Made by a program: the position numbers and the translations under genes. DNA of 64,000 nucleotides from Bacteroidota bacterium (lineage in GTDB: Bacteria > Bacteroidota > Ignavibacteria > UBA10030 > UBA8401), in contig JAJYOI010000002.1 of NCBI GenBank assembly GCA_021796275.1, forward strand, positions 9,302 through 73,301, written 5' to 3'. Below are positions 29,968-38,875 of this stretch, piece after piece; within the stretch, counting starts at the first letter, position 1; each line of letters opens with the position of its first letter. The notes under the pieces are model-generated. The model was not told the DNA's origin and did no database searches. It was given only the letters and a program-made list of their open reading frames with translations.

Positions 29968-32493
29968 ATGAAACGCATGTATAGTTTCATAATATCCATT
30001 TTTGGATTAGTGTGTTTTGCCACTCCATTATATCCACAAGCGAACCCGAGTGGTCAGAATGTTGCTCCTCTGGCAACAGTTTCAGTTAGTGCAACAGGTG
30101 ACTGTTATCTTGGTGTATGCCCCACTGCATCTGGAATCAACGATGGTAATGCATATCCTCCAGGCGCGTTCTGGTCGGGAGCAAGCGGTTCGAGCACAGG
30201 CTGGGTTCTGTTAACGCTAGATCAAACATATACTCTTTCGAAGATTCGAGTCTTCAGTCAGTACTGGGATGTATCGGTTTACGGGGTTGAGGGTGGATTA
30301 GAATATAGCGTTTCCGTCTCAACCGACAACAGTAACTGGACAGTGGTTCATCCTGCTTCATTTGCACTAAAGAAAACTGTCAACGTCGCTTGGGCGCGAG
30401 AAGACATTAATTTTGCGCCTCAAAGTGTTCGATATATTAAGGTTGACATTGTCAACAGCACAGGTGTAAGTGGCCACATTTGGCGAACAGGTATTGAAGA
30501 AATCGAAGCTGGTGATGCAAATCTTCCACTCCATTCTTGGGGAGAATATTTTAATTCCTTAGTCGCTTATTATCCTTTTAACAGCAACGCAAACGATGAA
30601 AGCGGAAATGGGAACAATGGAGTTGTCGATGGCGCTACATTGACCTCAGATCGCTTTGGAGATGCGAACAGCGCTTATTCTTTCGACGGTATTTCTAACA
30701 TTATTTCCGTAAATGACGATATTTTGCTTCGGCCAACCACTTATACGATTTGTGTCTGGGTAAAGCATGATAGTACACCAAATAGTTATTTCCTCTTTAA
30801 AGGTCGAGCGGGCGTTGATATCCCAGGAGAAAATTATACTTATGGCTTTGCGATGTCTACGGATAGCATTTTTTTCGGTTTTGAAGATAACAATGGAACA
30901 GATTATAGCGTCACGTCAACCCAAGTCGATACTCTGTGGCATTTCCTTGTAGGTTCTTATGATGGCGCAGAACTCAAGTTGTATGTTGATGGCTCCCTCG
31001 TAGCGTCACTTGCGACGTCTGCAATTCCTGAAACAAATTCGTACCCACTTAACATTGGCAAAAATGAGTATTGGCCCGGCGATATATATAAGGGCGTTTT
31101 AGATGACATCCGAATCTATAATGCTGCTCTCTCGATCAAAGAAATTGACTCGCTGTATCACGAGGGTGGTTGGGATGTTAGCAGCACCGTCCTCATTGTT
31201 GATTCTCTTAATGCCGTTATCATGGACACAGTTATCGTTCCCATTCGCGTTCAAATTCAATCCGGAAAAAGTTACAGTTCAGCGGAAGTTCATTTCAACG
31301 GATTTCAAGGGAGCCTTCATTTTCTTGGAATAGATACAACCGGAACGATGCTTGGTGCACATCACTGGATGTATTCGGTCAATGGATCCGACTCAACAAT
31401 CGTTATAGCTTCCGCTGGCTCGTCGGACATCTCTGGCGATGGGGTTCTGTTCAAATTAGAATTTGTTGCAACAGGCTCGCCTTGTTTCTTCGCTCCTGTC
31501 AATATTGACTTCGCCGTTTTTAACACTGGAGCGTACCCGGTTGCTATCTTAAACGGAGGCGTTCATATTAAAGCGATTCCTGTTTACGGTGATGTTGATG
31601 AGAATGGGAGGGTTCAGGCGTATGATGCGTCGCTCATTTTAAAATATCTTGCTGGTGCTGACACGCTACTCACATGCCAAACCCTTGCCAATGCCGACGT
31701 AACAAATAATAATGCCGTTACTGCCTTTGATGCATCGGTTATCCTGCAATATGTAACCGAATTGATTACCGGCCTCCCGTACGATTCAACAACAATGGGG
31801 CCGACACGCGCTTCCGCCACATTCGCGCTTCAGGATAAGCAAGCACAAGCGACGGGCGATGTTGTTGAAATACCGGTTCAATTCACAGATGCACAAAACG
31901 TGAAGTCACTTGCGGCAACATTGACTTACAATTCCAGCGAACTTGAATATCAGGATATTCGGTGGCAGGATACAGCAGGATTTGTCACTGCCACTTCAAC
32001 CGATGTGAACAAAGGCATAATTAAACTCTTCGGCGCAAGCGCGGCAAGCAGTTCTGAGAACGGAGTAGTTGCAAATCTCCGATTTAAGGTGAAGAAGCAA
32101 TCCAAAGTCTTGCTCAAGGAATTGCAATTAAACGAATCGGCACAGCAACAGGATGTTTCAGTTGCTAACATTACTATTGTGACCGGAGTGAAACGGTTAG
32201 AGTCCGCAATACCGGAGTTTTACTCTCTCTCACAAAACTACCCCAACCCTTTCAACCCCACAACAACAATTTCCTATCAGATAAAAAACGCCGGCCACAC
32301 ACGTCTTGCAATTTACGATGTGCTCGGAAGAGAAGTGGCTGTGTTGGTGAACGAATACAAACAGGCGGGTTATTACTCCGTGCAATGGGATGCACATAAT
32401 GTTTCAAGCGGCATCTATTTTTATCGTCTTACTGCTACCGGCAATGCGGGGGCGTTGTTTACAGAAACAAAGCGCATGGCAGTGATGAAGTAA
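29968..32493 (+). CDS. Multidomain T9SS cargo protein: signal peptide, discoidin/F5-8 type C-like domain, LamG/concanavalin-like domain, cohesin-like module, dockerin-like duplicated segment, second cohesin-like module, T9SS C-terminal domain.
   Basis: LamG region (NGVVDGATLTSDRFGDANSAYSFDG...LKLYVDGSLVAS). Dockerin-like pair (GDVDENGRVQAYDASLILKYLAG / ADVTNNNAVTAFDASVILQYV). CTD (LSQNYPNPFNPTTTISYQ...IYFYRL). SD aaaggag lies 6 nt before ATG 29968. Confidence 0.8.
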   Translation: MKRMYSFIISIFGLVCFATPLYPQANPSGQNVAPLATVSVSATGDCYLGVCPTASGINDGNAYPPGAFWSGASGSSTGWVLLTLDQTYTLSKIRVFSQYWDVSVYGVEGGLEYSVSVSTDNSNWTVVHPASFALKKTVNVAWAREDINFAPQSVRYIKVDIVNSTGVSGHIWRTGIEEIEAGDANLPLHSWGEYFNSLVAYYPFNSNANDESGNGNNGVVDGATLTSDRFGDANSAYSFDGISNIISVNDDILLRPTTYTICVWVKHDSTPNSYFLFKGRAGVDIPGENYTYGFAMSTDSIFFGFEDNNGTDYSVTSTQVDTLWHFLVGSYDGAELKLYVDGSLVASLATSAIPETNSYPLNIGKNEYWPGDIYKGVLDDIRIYNAALSIKEIDSLYHEGGWDVSSTVLIVDSLNAVIMDTVIVPIRVQIQSGKSYSSAEVHFNGFQGSLHFLGIDTTGTMLGAHHWMYSVNGSDSTIVIASAGSSDISGDGVLFKLEFVATGSPCFFAPVNIDFAVFNTGAYPVAILNGGVHIKAIPVYGDVDENGRVQAYDASLILKYLAGADTLLTCQTLANADVTNNNAVTAFDASVILQYVTELITGLPYDSTTMGPTRASATFALQDKQAQATGDVVEIPVQFTDAQNVKSLAATLTYNSSELEYQDIRWQDTAGFVTATSTDVNKGIIKLFGASAASSSENGVVANLRFKVKKQSKVLLKELQLNESAQQQDVSVANITIVTGVKRLESAIPEFYSLSQNYPNPFNPTTTISYQIKNAGHTRLAIYDVLGREVAVLVNEYKQAGYYSVQWDAHNVSSGIYFYRLTATGNAGALFTETKRMAVMK

Positions 32494-32508
32494 GAAAATC
32501 GAGTACGA

Positions 32509-32549
32509 GATGTAGGACACCTCAGAGGTGTTCTACATCTGACTTTTTT
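32509..32549 (+). terminator. Rho-independent terminator after the T9SS cargo gene.
   Basis: Stem gatgtaggacacc / ggtgttctacatc with loop tcaga, followed by tgactttttt. Confidence 0.7.
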
Positions 32550-32550
32550 G

Positions 32551-32608
32551 AACCTTGCGAAGGTTTTAGCCTGCCCGCCATCTTTTTGGCGGGAACCTTC
32601 GCAAGGTT
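32551..32608. repeat. Composite 58-bp palindromic element: aaccttgcgaaggtt - cccgcc-atcttttt-ggcggg - aaccttcgcaaggtt. REP-like.
   Basis: The outer 15-mers are exact reverse complements and each is itself a hairpin. Same aaccNNNNNNNggtt style as the RAYT-flanking REPs. Confidence 0.6.
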
Positions 32609-32961
32609 ATATGGCGGTCAGTGTAAAAGACTCGCTGCTTTTTTATTTGTTCATCCGAGTCATCGTCAAACAAAGAGGCTGTTCTGCAACACAGGCTCAA
32701 CCGAGGCTCAACCGAGAGGTAACCGAGAATGAGCCGTCTGCAAATCGCCTCCTTTTTGAAGACCGACTCCCTCCTCTGATCTATAATGTTCATTACTGAA
32801 GAGATTTTGCCGCTGAAAAAAAAGATTTACGTGACGGCAAAAGCAGTCTTTTGATGAACAAATAATTATGAGAGAGAACTGGGAAAGTGTTGCATTGTGA
32901 GCGGGCGATTATCTGCGTGTGCCATGACTTTTTCTTGTCTTGCGCAATTTCAGATTGTCGG

Positions 32962-33390
32962 TTACGGTGTGTCTTTCGCTCCCTCTAAAATCCAGCGTAT
33001 CAGTCCGTGTACCTGATTTGCATTCAGCGCCCGATACGGAGGCATGGGAATCGCGCTGTTTTTCCCTTCGATGCTCCATATCAATCTGCTGTTTGTCGTA
33101 TCATATGGACGGACGACGCCGAATTTGCTTTGGGTTGTCCCGTAATAATCGGAGAGGTCGAGGCTGTTTGCGCGCGTGCTCGCATCGTGACATCCGTTGA
33201 TGGCACAGCCAATATTGAACAGCGGCTGCACCTGCCGTTCATAGCTGATTCCTGTGTCGGGAAAAACAATATCGTCAAGATTGTGAACGGGGTTTGAATT
33301 GTTCTTGCAGGAGAAAAAAACTCCGGCGATGATCGCCGTAACCAATCCTATTTTGATGAAAGCGAGAATCTGTTTTTTCCGCATGGTCAT
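32962..33390 (-). CDS. Small lipoprotein of unknown function with a CX4CH motif. Its 3' end is the right copy of the ~65 bp direct repeat.
   Basis: Lipobox-like VFFSC. CAINGCHD motif. 4-nt overlap (ATGA) with the upstream 5'-nucleotidase gene on the same strand. Confidence 0.5.
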   Translation of the reverse strand: MTMRKKQILAFIKIGLVTAIIAGVFFSCKNNSNPVHNLDDIVFPDTGISYERQVQPLFNIGCAINGCHDASTRANSLDLSDYYGTTQSKFGVVRPYDTTNSRLIWSIEGKNSAIPMPPYRALNANQVHGLIRWILEGAKDTP

Positions 33391-34901
33391 TTTCTGATAA
33401 TTCTTCCGTCTAATTTTGAATCAATCACTTTTTCTTTTTCTGCCGCAGCGATGAAGGCATCTCTGTCGAGAATATTTGTTTGCTTCACGCCGCGAATGCC
33501 GTTCTCCAACCCAAAGAATTCTTTACCATGTTCGGCAATATAATTATTCGTGGCAACAGTATAACGATGTCCGGTTTGGAGAGGTTTTCCATTGATCGTG
33601 AGCGAAATGAGATTGGCGGTGCCGTTTTTTATTACAGCGGAATAGCGAATGCCGGAAACCTGGCACATCTCTCCCTTTCCAGCAGCCTGCCATTCAATCA
33701 TCTTCTTCAACGTCGCTCCGTCAACTGTAAACGTGACAAACTGATTTCCAAACGGATTGATTTCCCACATATCGCGCAGCGTCACCGGTCCCGCATAGAC
33801 ATCTTTTCGAATGCCGCCGTTGTTTTGAAATGCGATATCTGCTTTCGTAATTCGGCGCATCACATCTGTTTGCCAGTCGCCGATGTTGCTCTCGCCGCTC
33901 CAGTTTCGTTTCCAGTCCGACTTCAATGTAGCGATCACGTTGCTGAGAGCCGCGTCAACTTTTTGTTCCAGCAATGTTACCGTTGCCTGAACCGCTGAGT
34001 CTGGTTTAATGTCTGCCGTTCGCACTTCGATCAGTTTCCCGGAAGAACTGAGAATTGAATCGTGGCTTTTGTCGAAAAGGAGATCGAGTTCGCCCAGGTA
34101 TTGTCCGTGCGCTCCTGCCTGGCAAATAATCACGCCGTTAATTTTCTTCGGTGTGAAGATCGCTGTGTGGCTGTGGCCGCCAATGATGATGTTAATGTCC
34201 GGGTCTGCCTCAGCCAGAATGCTGTCCTGATCAACGCCAATGTGGCTAAGGACAACAATCAGATCGACGTGCTGTCGTTTCAATTCCGGGATTATTTCTT
34301 TCACTGTTGACGCGGTTGGCGCTATGTACAGGTTCTTGATATTTCGTGGAAGCGTAAGCGCGGCAAGGTCAGGCGCCATCAATCCGATAATTCCGATTCT
34401 GACGCCTTTGATAGTTTTGATGAGGTACGGAGGAACGAATGTTGTATGTGTGAGTTTGTCAACAATATTTGCGCTGATAATCGGATAGTTCGCTTCTGCA
34501 AAATCTTTCTTCAGCGTTTCTCTTCCGTAATCAAATTCATGATTGCCGATTGTTACTGCATCCGGATGCATCATGTTCATCAACGTAATTTGCGACGCGC
34601 CTTTTGTAATGGTAGAAATCGGTGTCCCCTGGAAGTCGTCGCCGGCATTGAGAAGCAGCACCGTATCGCCGGCAGAATATTTTTCGATATATGCTTTCAG
34701 CGCTGCGCTGCCGCCGACGAAGTACGACGTGTCGTTTCCTGTCAGTTGGCTCTTCGTTTTGATTTTGAAGGGAATATTCTGCGAATGAAAATCGTTCCAA
34801 TGTAAGATTCGCAGCGAAACGTGTTGAAAATCCCCTTGGGACTGTGCAAACAGCGGTGCGGAAATGACAAATAATAAGAGCAGCTGCCGAATGCGTTTCA
34901 T
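33387..34901 (-). CDS. Bifunctional metallophosphatase / 5'-nucleotidase (UshA-like), secreted.
   Basis: Signal peptide. Metallophosphoesterase motifs (ILHWNDFHS, GDDFQG, GNHEFD, GGHSHT) and a C-terminal 5'-nucleotidase domain. Confidence 0.85.
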   Translation of the reverse strand: MKRIRQLLLLFVISAPLFAQSQGDFQHVSLRILHWNDFHSQNIPFKIKTKSQLTGNDTSYFVGGSAALKAYIEKYSAGDTVLLLNAGDDFQGTPISTITKGASQITLMNMMHPDAVTIGNHEFDYGRETLKKDFAEANYPIISANIVDKLTHTTFVPPYLIKTIKGVRIGIIGLMAPDLAALTLPRNIKNLYIAPTASTVKEIIPELKRQHVDLIVVLSHIGVDQDSILAEADPDINIIIGGHSHTAIFTPKKINGVIICQAGAHGQYLGELDLLFDKSHDSILSSSGKLIEVRTADIKPDSAVQATVTLLEQKVDAALSNVIATLKSDWKRNWSGESNIGDWQTDVMRRITKADIAFQNNGGIRKDVYAGPVTLRDMWEINPFGNQFVTFTVDGATLKKMIEWQAAGKGEMCQVSGIRYSAVIKNGTANLISLTINGKPLQTGHRYTVATNNYIAEHGKEFFGLENGIRGVKQTNILDRDAFIAAAEKEKVIDSKLDGRIIRK

Positions 34902-34991
34902 GCTATACTCACTTTGTTGAAAAGGTTTTTATAAAATATAATTGAATTCAAGTCGAATTACCACGATATTTGAGACAGAAATTGTGAAAGG

Positions 34992-35705
34992 ATGATTATG
35001 CGCCGAATGCCGCTTATGTTGACTGTCGTTATTTTCATTGCGTGTTCTTCTGTTCATTCACAGGAGTTTGGAGAAGAGAACACACGATTGTCGGATTTTC
35101 GTTCCATCGGAGTTGGTGGAGCAGTGCATCAATTCGAACCCGCAGCAAACAACTCGCTTCCCGACTCGCTTCGGATCCATTTTTCAGCGATAGCGGGAAT
35201 TGTTGAATATCGCGATCTCAATACTCATATTGCTTTCAGCTATACTCCGTATACGATCAACGGTACAACGCAGGCGGCACTTTCTCTTTCTGCAGAATCC
35301 GCCTATGATATCCCGCTGTCGCAAAGCCGTGAGTCGCAGCGATTTTTCTTTCCCATTATGATAAGCACAAACTTTTTGAAAGCGAGCGGCTCTTCACGTT
35401 TCACGAAAGACTTTAATATCGGCAGTGTCGGTATCGGTGCAGGGGTCAAGTATCGTTACATTGGCGACAGTTTTGGCGTGCAGGTGTACGGAGTCGGCTC
35501 CATTCTCGTGTCGTCGCAAGGATTCAGTGCGGAAACGGGGACGAGCACATCTGCAATGGCTGAAGCTTCGGTGCTGCTCCCCGGGATTATTGGCGAAGGG
35601 ATGATTGTTGGCTACCGTTTTGAAAGTCAATCGTGGACACTGTCGAATGCAATCTATGATTATCGTCGTCAATTCCACGGACCGTTCATAGGTATTTTCT
35701 TTTGA
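34992..35705 (+). CDS. Hypothetical outer-membrane beta-barrel protein.
   Basis: Signal peptide, alternating amphipathic segments, C-terminal ...GIFF aromatic terminus. Confidence 0.4.
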   Translation: MIMRRMPLMLTVVIFIACSSVHSQEFGEENTRLSDFRSIGVGGAVHQFEPAANNSLPDSLRIHFSAIAGIVEYRDLNTHIAFSYTPYTINGTTQAALSLSAESAYDIPLSQSRESQRFFFPIMISTNFLKASGSSRFTKDFNIGSVGIGAGVKYRYIGDSFGVQVYGVGSILVSSQGFSAETGTSTSAMAEASVLLPGIIGEGMIVGYRFESQSWTLSNAIYDYRRQFHGPFIGIFF

Positions 35706-35730
35706 TACAGTATTCTGCATCGGCTTCCTC

Positions 35731-36873
35731 ATGAAAAAAGATTGGACGATTCTCAATCCTTCGGGCGATAAGCGGGTCATCGTAACAAAAGAATTGCCCG
35801 GAGGCCGCTGGATAAAAATTCTGACGGATGCCGGCTGCCGCATTGAAATGTGTACATCAACGAAAACGCTGAACACGCACGAGCTTCGTTTTGCGATAGG
35901 AGCGCGCTGCGACGGTGTTATTGGGCAGCTCAATGAAACGTGGAGCAAAGAACTTTTTTCAGCGTTGAGTTCTGCCGGCGGAAAAGCTTACTGCAATTAC
36001 GCAGTTGGGTTCAATAATGTTGACGTTCGCTTGGCAACCTCTGCCCGTATCGCAATCGGCAACACACCGGAAGTCTTAACGGAGACAACGGCGGAAATGG
36101 GCGTCGCGCTGACTTTTGCTGCTGCACGGCGCGTTGTGGAAGCGGATGCTTTTGTACGAAGAAGAAAATTTTCAGGATGGCAGCCGTCGCTTTTTCTCGG
36201 TGAATTGTTGTCGGGCAAAACGCTTGGCGTTATCGGCGCAGGCAGGATTGGTTCTGCGTACGCGCGAATGATGGCTGAAGGGCACAAGATGAATTTGCTT
36301 TACTTCAACACAAAGCGGAATGCAGGTTTGGAAAAATATTTCACCGTGTATGGAAAATTTCTCGCCGTTCAAGGGCAAACACCGGTGCAGTGCAGGAGAG
36401 CATCAACCATCGAAGAATTGGTTTCAGTCTCTGATGTCGTTGCAGTGTTTCCGGCGCTGAACGAAAAGACTTTTCATCTTATCAATCGCAAGCGGTTGTC
36501 GTTAATGAAAGAGAATGCAATCCTCATTAATCTTAGCCGCGGACCAGTCATAGATGAAGCGGCACTCGTTAGACATTGTGCAAGTCATCCATTCTTTCGT
36601 GCCGGTCTTGATGTATATGAAGACGAACCAAACTTGAAACGGGGGTTAAGCCGCCTTTCCAATGTCGTTCTTGCTCCGCATCTGGGCTCGGCGACGTTGT
36701 GGGCGCGCGGAAATATGGCGGTGCTGGCGGCGCGGAATATCGTTGCGGTTTTGAATCGCTATCCGGCATGGAATGGCAGCAGTGTTTTGAAATTTCTTGG
36801 CGAACGTCCGCCGAAGGCTGCGCCGAGTATTATCAATGCACGCGACGTAGGAATGGTTTTCTTTCGGCAATAA
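35731..36873 (+). CDS. hprA: Glycerate dehydrogenase / hydroxypyruvate reductase of the plant HPR1-like type (D-2-hydroxyacid dehydrogenase family).
   Basis: Long near-identical blocks to plant peroxisomal HPR1 recalled from memory (CDGVIGQL, NNVDV, GNTPEVLTETTAE, GVIGAGRIGSAYARMM, SRGPVIDEAALV). Confidence 0.8.
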   Translation: MKKDWTILNPSGDKRVIVTKELPGGRWIKILTDAGCRIEMCTSTKTLNTHELRFAIGARCDGVIGQLNETWSKELFSALSSAGGKAYCNYAVGFNNVDVRLATSARIAIGNTPEVLTETTAEMGVALTFAAARRVVEADAFVRRRKFSGWQPSLFLGELLSGKTLGVIGAGRIGSAYARMMAEGHKMNLLYFNTKRNAGLEKYFTVYGKFLAVQGQTPVQCRRASTIEELVSVSDVVAVFPALNEKTFHLINRKRLSLMKENAILINLSRGPVIDEAALVRHCASHPFFRAGLDVYEDEPNLKRGLSRLSNVVLAPHLGSATLWARGNMAVLAARNIVAVLNRYPAWNGSSVLKFLGERPPKAAPSIINARDVGMVFFRQ

Positions 36874-36906
36874 CGTTTCTTAACTCAATTTCGAAAAGGG
36901 ATTCTT

Positions 36907-38055
36907 ATGAAAACGTTCAGGTGTGTTAGCGCTATGCTTGCAGCAGTGTGTTTGTTTTCGGTTACGCTTTTTTCACAAAGCCATCATATTACAATCAGAG
37001 TAATTGCACCGGAATCCACTCCGAAGGACGCGAAAATTTTTATAGCAGGGAATGACCCGGTTCTTGGGAATTGGGACCCGGGAAAAGTGGTAATGACAAA
37101 AGAAAACGATTCGTCATGGAGCATTTCCGGCGACCCGCCGGACAGTATTTTTGTGGAGTTCAAGATTACACTTGGTTCATGGCAGAAACAGGCTGTCTAT
37201 GAAAAAGGAATTATTCCCGGGAATACGCACTTTACGGTTGTCAACGACACCGTGATCACTCTTCGGCCGGTCGGGTGGAGCAACGAAGCGATGATGGTTC
37301 ACGGGTCAGTGGTCGGCACAGTGAAATATCATCGCGGTATGACAGGCGACGGACTTCGATACGCACGCGATATCATTGTGTGGCTTCCGCCGTCGTACGA
37401 AAAGGAAAAGTCGAAACGGTATCCGGTGCTGTACATGCACGACGGACAAAACATTATCGATCCGGCGACATCATTTCTGGGGTATGACTGGCGCGTTGAT
37501 GACGTGAGCGACAGCCTGATAAAGGCAGGCACGATGAAAGAAATTATTATTGTCGGAATCTATAATTCGCCTGACAGGGGAGAAGAATATTCTGATACTG
37601 ATCTCGGCCATGCGTATGCGCGCTTCGTTGTACAGAAGCTGAAACCGTTCATTGATTCGACATATCGCACCTTGCCGGATCAAAAGAACACGGCGGTGAT
37701 GGGTTCTTCGATGGGCGGACTGATTTCATTTCTTTTTGTATGGTGGTATCCGGATGTGTTTTATCAGGCAGGATGTTTATCCAGCGTGTTTATGTCCGAC
37801 AATGATAGAATTCTGAACGAAGTGAAAGAATATTCCGGTTCGAAAAAAGATATTCGAGTGTATCTTGATAACGGAAGTGTCGGACTCGAGTCCCGCTTAA
37901 AGCCGGGCTTTGACGAGATGGTGGAATTGTTAAAAGAAAAAAGATACAGAGAAGGACAGGATCTCGAATCGTTTTATGATGATGGTGCTGAGCACAACGA
38001 AATGGCGTGGGCGCATCGGATTTGGCGGCCGTTGGAATTCATGTTTGGAAAATGA
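36907..38055 (+). CDS. Secreted esterase-family protein (esterase D / enterochelin-esterase-like alpha/beta hydrolase) with an N-terminal beta-sandwich, carbohydrate-binding-like domain.
   Basis: Signal peptide; IFIAGNDPVLGNWDP starch-binding-like segment; esterase block YPVLYMHDGQN...GSSMGGLISF. Confidence 0.7.
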   Translation: MKTFRCVSAMLAAVCLFSVTLFSQSHHITIRVIAPESTPKDAKIFIAGNDPVLGNWDPGKVVMTKENDSSWSISGDPPDSIFVEFKITLGSWQKQAVYEKGIIPGNTHFTVVNDTVITLRPVGWSNEAMMVHGSVVGTVKYHRGMTGDGLRYARDIIVWLPPSYEKEKSKRYPVLYMHDGQNIIDPATSFLGYDWRVDDVSDSLIKAGTMKEIIIVGIYNSPDRGEEYSDTDLGHAYARFVVQKLKPFIDSTYRTLPDQKNTAVMGSSMGGLISFLFVWWYPDVFYQAGCLSSVFMSDNDRILNEVKEYSGSKKDIRVYLDNGSVGLESRLKPGFDEMVELLKEKRYREGQDLESFYDDGAEHNEMAWAHRIWRPLEFMFGK

Positions 38056-38078
38056 CTTGCTCGCCAGAGCTGAGAACG

Positions 38079-38780
38079 TTAGGAATGTTCAAGGCTTCTC
38101 GATTTATGTTGTGCGGCGAAACGAACTGCGATGTCGAATATCGGAAACGCCGCAAGACAAAGAGCGATGACAAAAAGCGCCCAGTGAAAATTTGTTGGTA
38201 ACAAATTTTGAACGGTTTCATTTCCTTCCAAGGACGCCATCAGGCTGTTTTGCATGAAGAGATACAGCAGCGTGAAAATGCCCGCAAGGCACAATAGCCA
38301 AGATAATCTGCGCGGATGGTTGTCGATTCTGTTCGCTGAGTTACGGCTGAGCAATATTCCACCTAACACCATCAGCAGAGAAATAAGCATTGGAGCTAAC
38401 ACCGGTCCCCACCATGGAACGGGAAGCAGGAAGAGCACATCCCAATCAAAAAGAGTTTTAGGCCAGCCGACTATCACTTTCAAAAAGATGTAGTAAAAAA
38501 TATCCCAGATGCCGAATGCGAAAAGAAAATATCCGGAACGGTTGCGCCATGCTGTTCCCGCCAACCACGCCACGGAGAGTAACAGAAGCAATGTTGCCGC
38601 TTCGCGCACAAGCTCGACCCATGCCGGCAGCACTGCGAAAGGCAACGGGTGTATTTGGTACGGGTTGATGCGGTTTACCAGCGAACGAAGATACACAACG
38701 GTCGCGGCTTCCATCCATGCCATCGCGACAGCGAAAACTCCGGCGGCAGGCAGTTTTGATCCTCTCACATTTTGTTTCAT
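38079..38780 (-). CDS. Hypothetical polytopic membrane protein.
   Basis: 233 aa with 6-7 predicted hydrophobic helices; no motif recognised. Confidence 0.4.
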   Translation of the reverse strand: MKQNVRGSKLPAAGVFAVAMAWMEAATVVYLRSLVNRINPYQIHPLPFAVLPAWVELVREAATLLLLLSVAWLAGTAWRNRSGYFLFAFGIWDIFYYIFLKVIVGWPKTLFDWDVLFLLPVPWWGPVLAPMLISLLMVLGGILLSRNSANRIDNHPRRLSWLLCLAGIFTLLYLFMQNSLMASLEGNETVQNLLPTNFHWALFVIALCLAAFPIFDIAVRFAAQHKSRSLEHS

Positions 38781-38875
38781 AGTTTATTCAATTGTACGAA
38801 CTTCACTTTGAAAAAGAAATGGCATTGCCTCTCTTTCTGCCAATAGCTAAATTTTTTAAAAGGAGAAAGTAGAAA

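Noticed and set aside
32548-32799. Overlapping 83-aa and 75-aa ORFs on opposite strands in the 468-bp gap after the T9SS cargo gene.
   Set aside because: Mutually exclusive and covering the terminator and palindromic element plus a short tandem ggctcaaccga duplication. More consistent with non-coding repeat-rich DNA.
33480-33998. 172-aa ORF on the plus strand inside the 5'-nucleotidase gene.
   Set aside because: Antisense to a strongly supported CDS, with no recognisable features.
35394-35948. 184-aa antisense ORF spanning the OMP / hydroxypyruvate reductase junction.
   Set aside because: Overlaps two well-supported plus-strand genes and is Arg/Cys-rich. Likely spurious.
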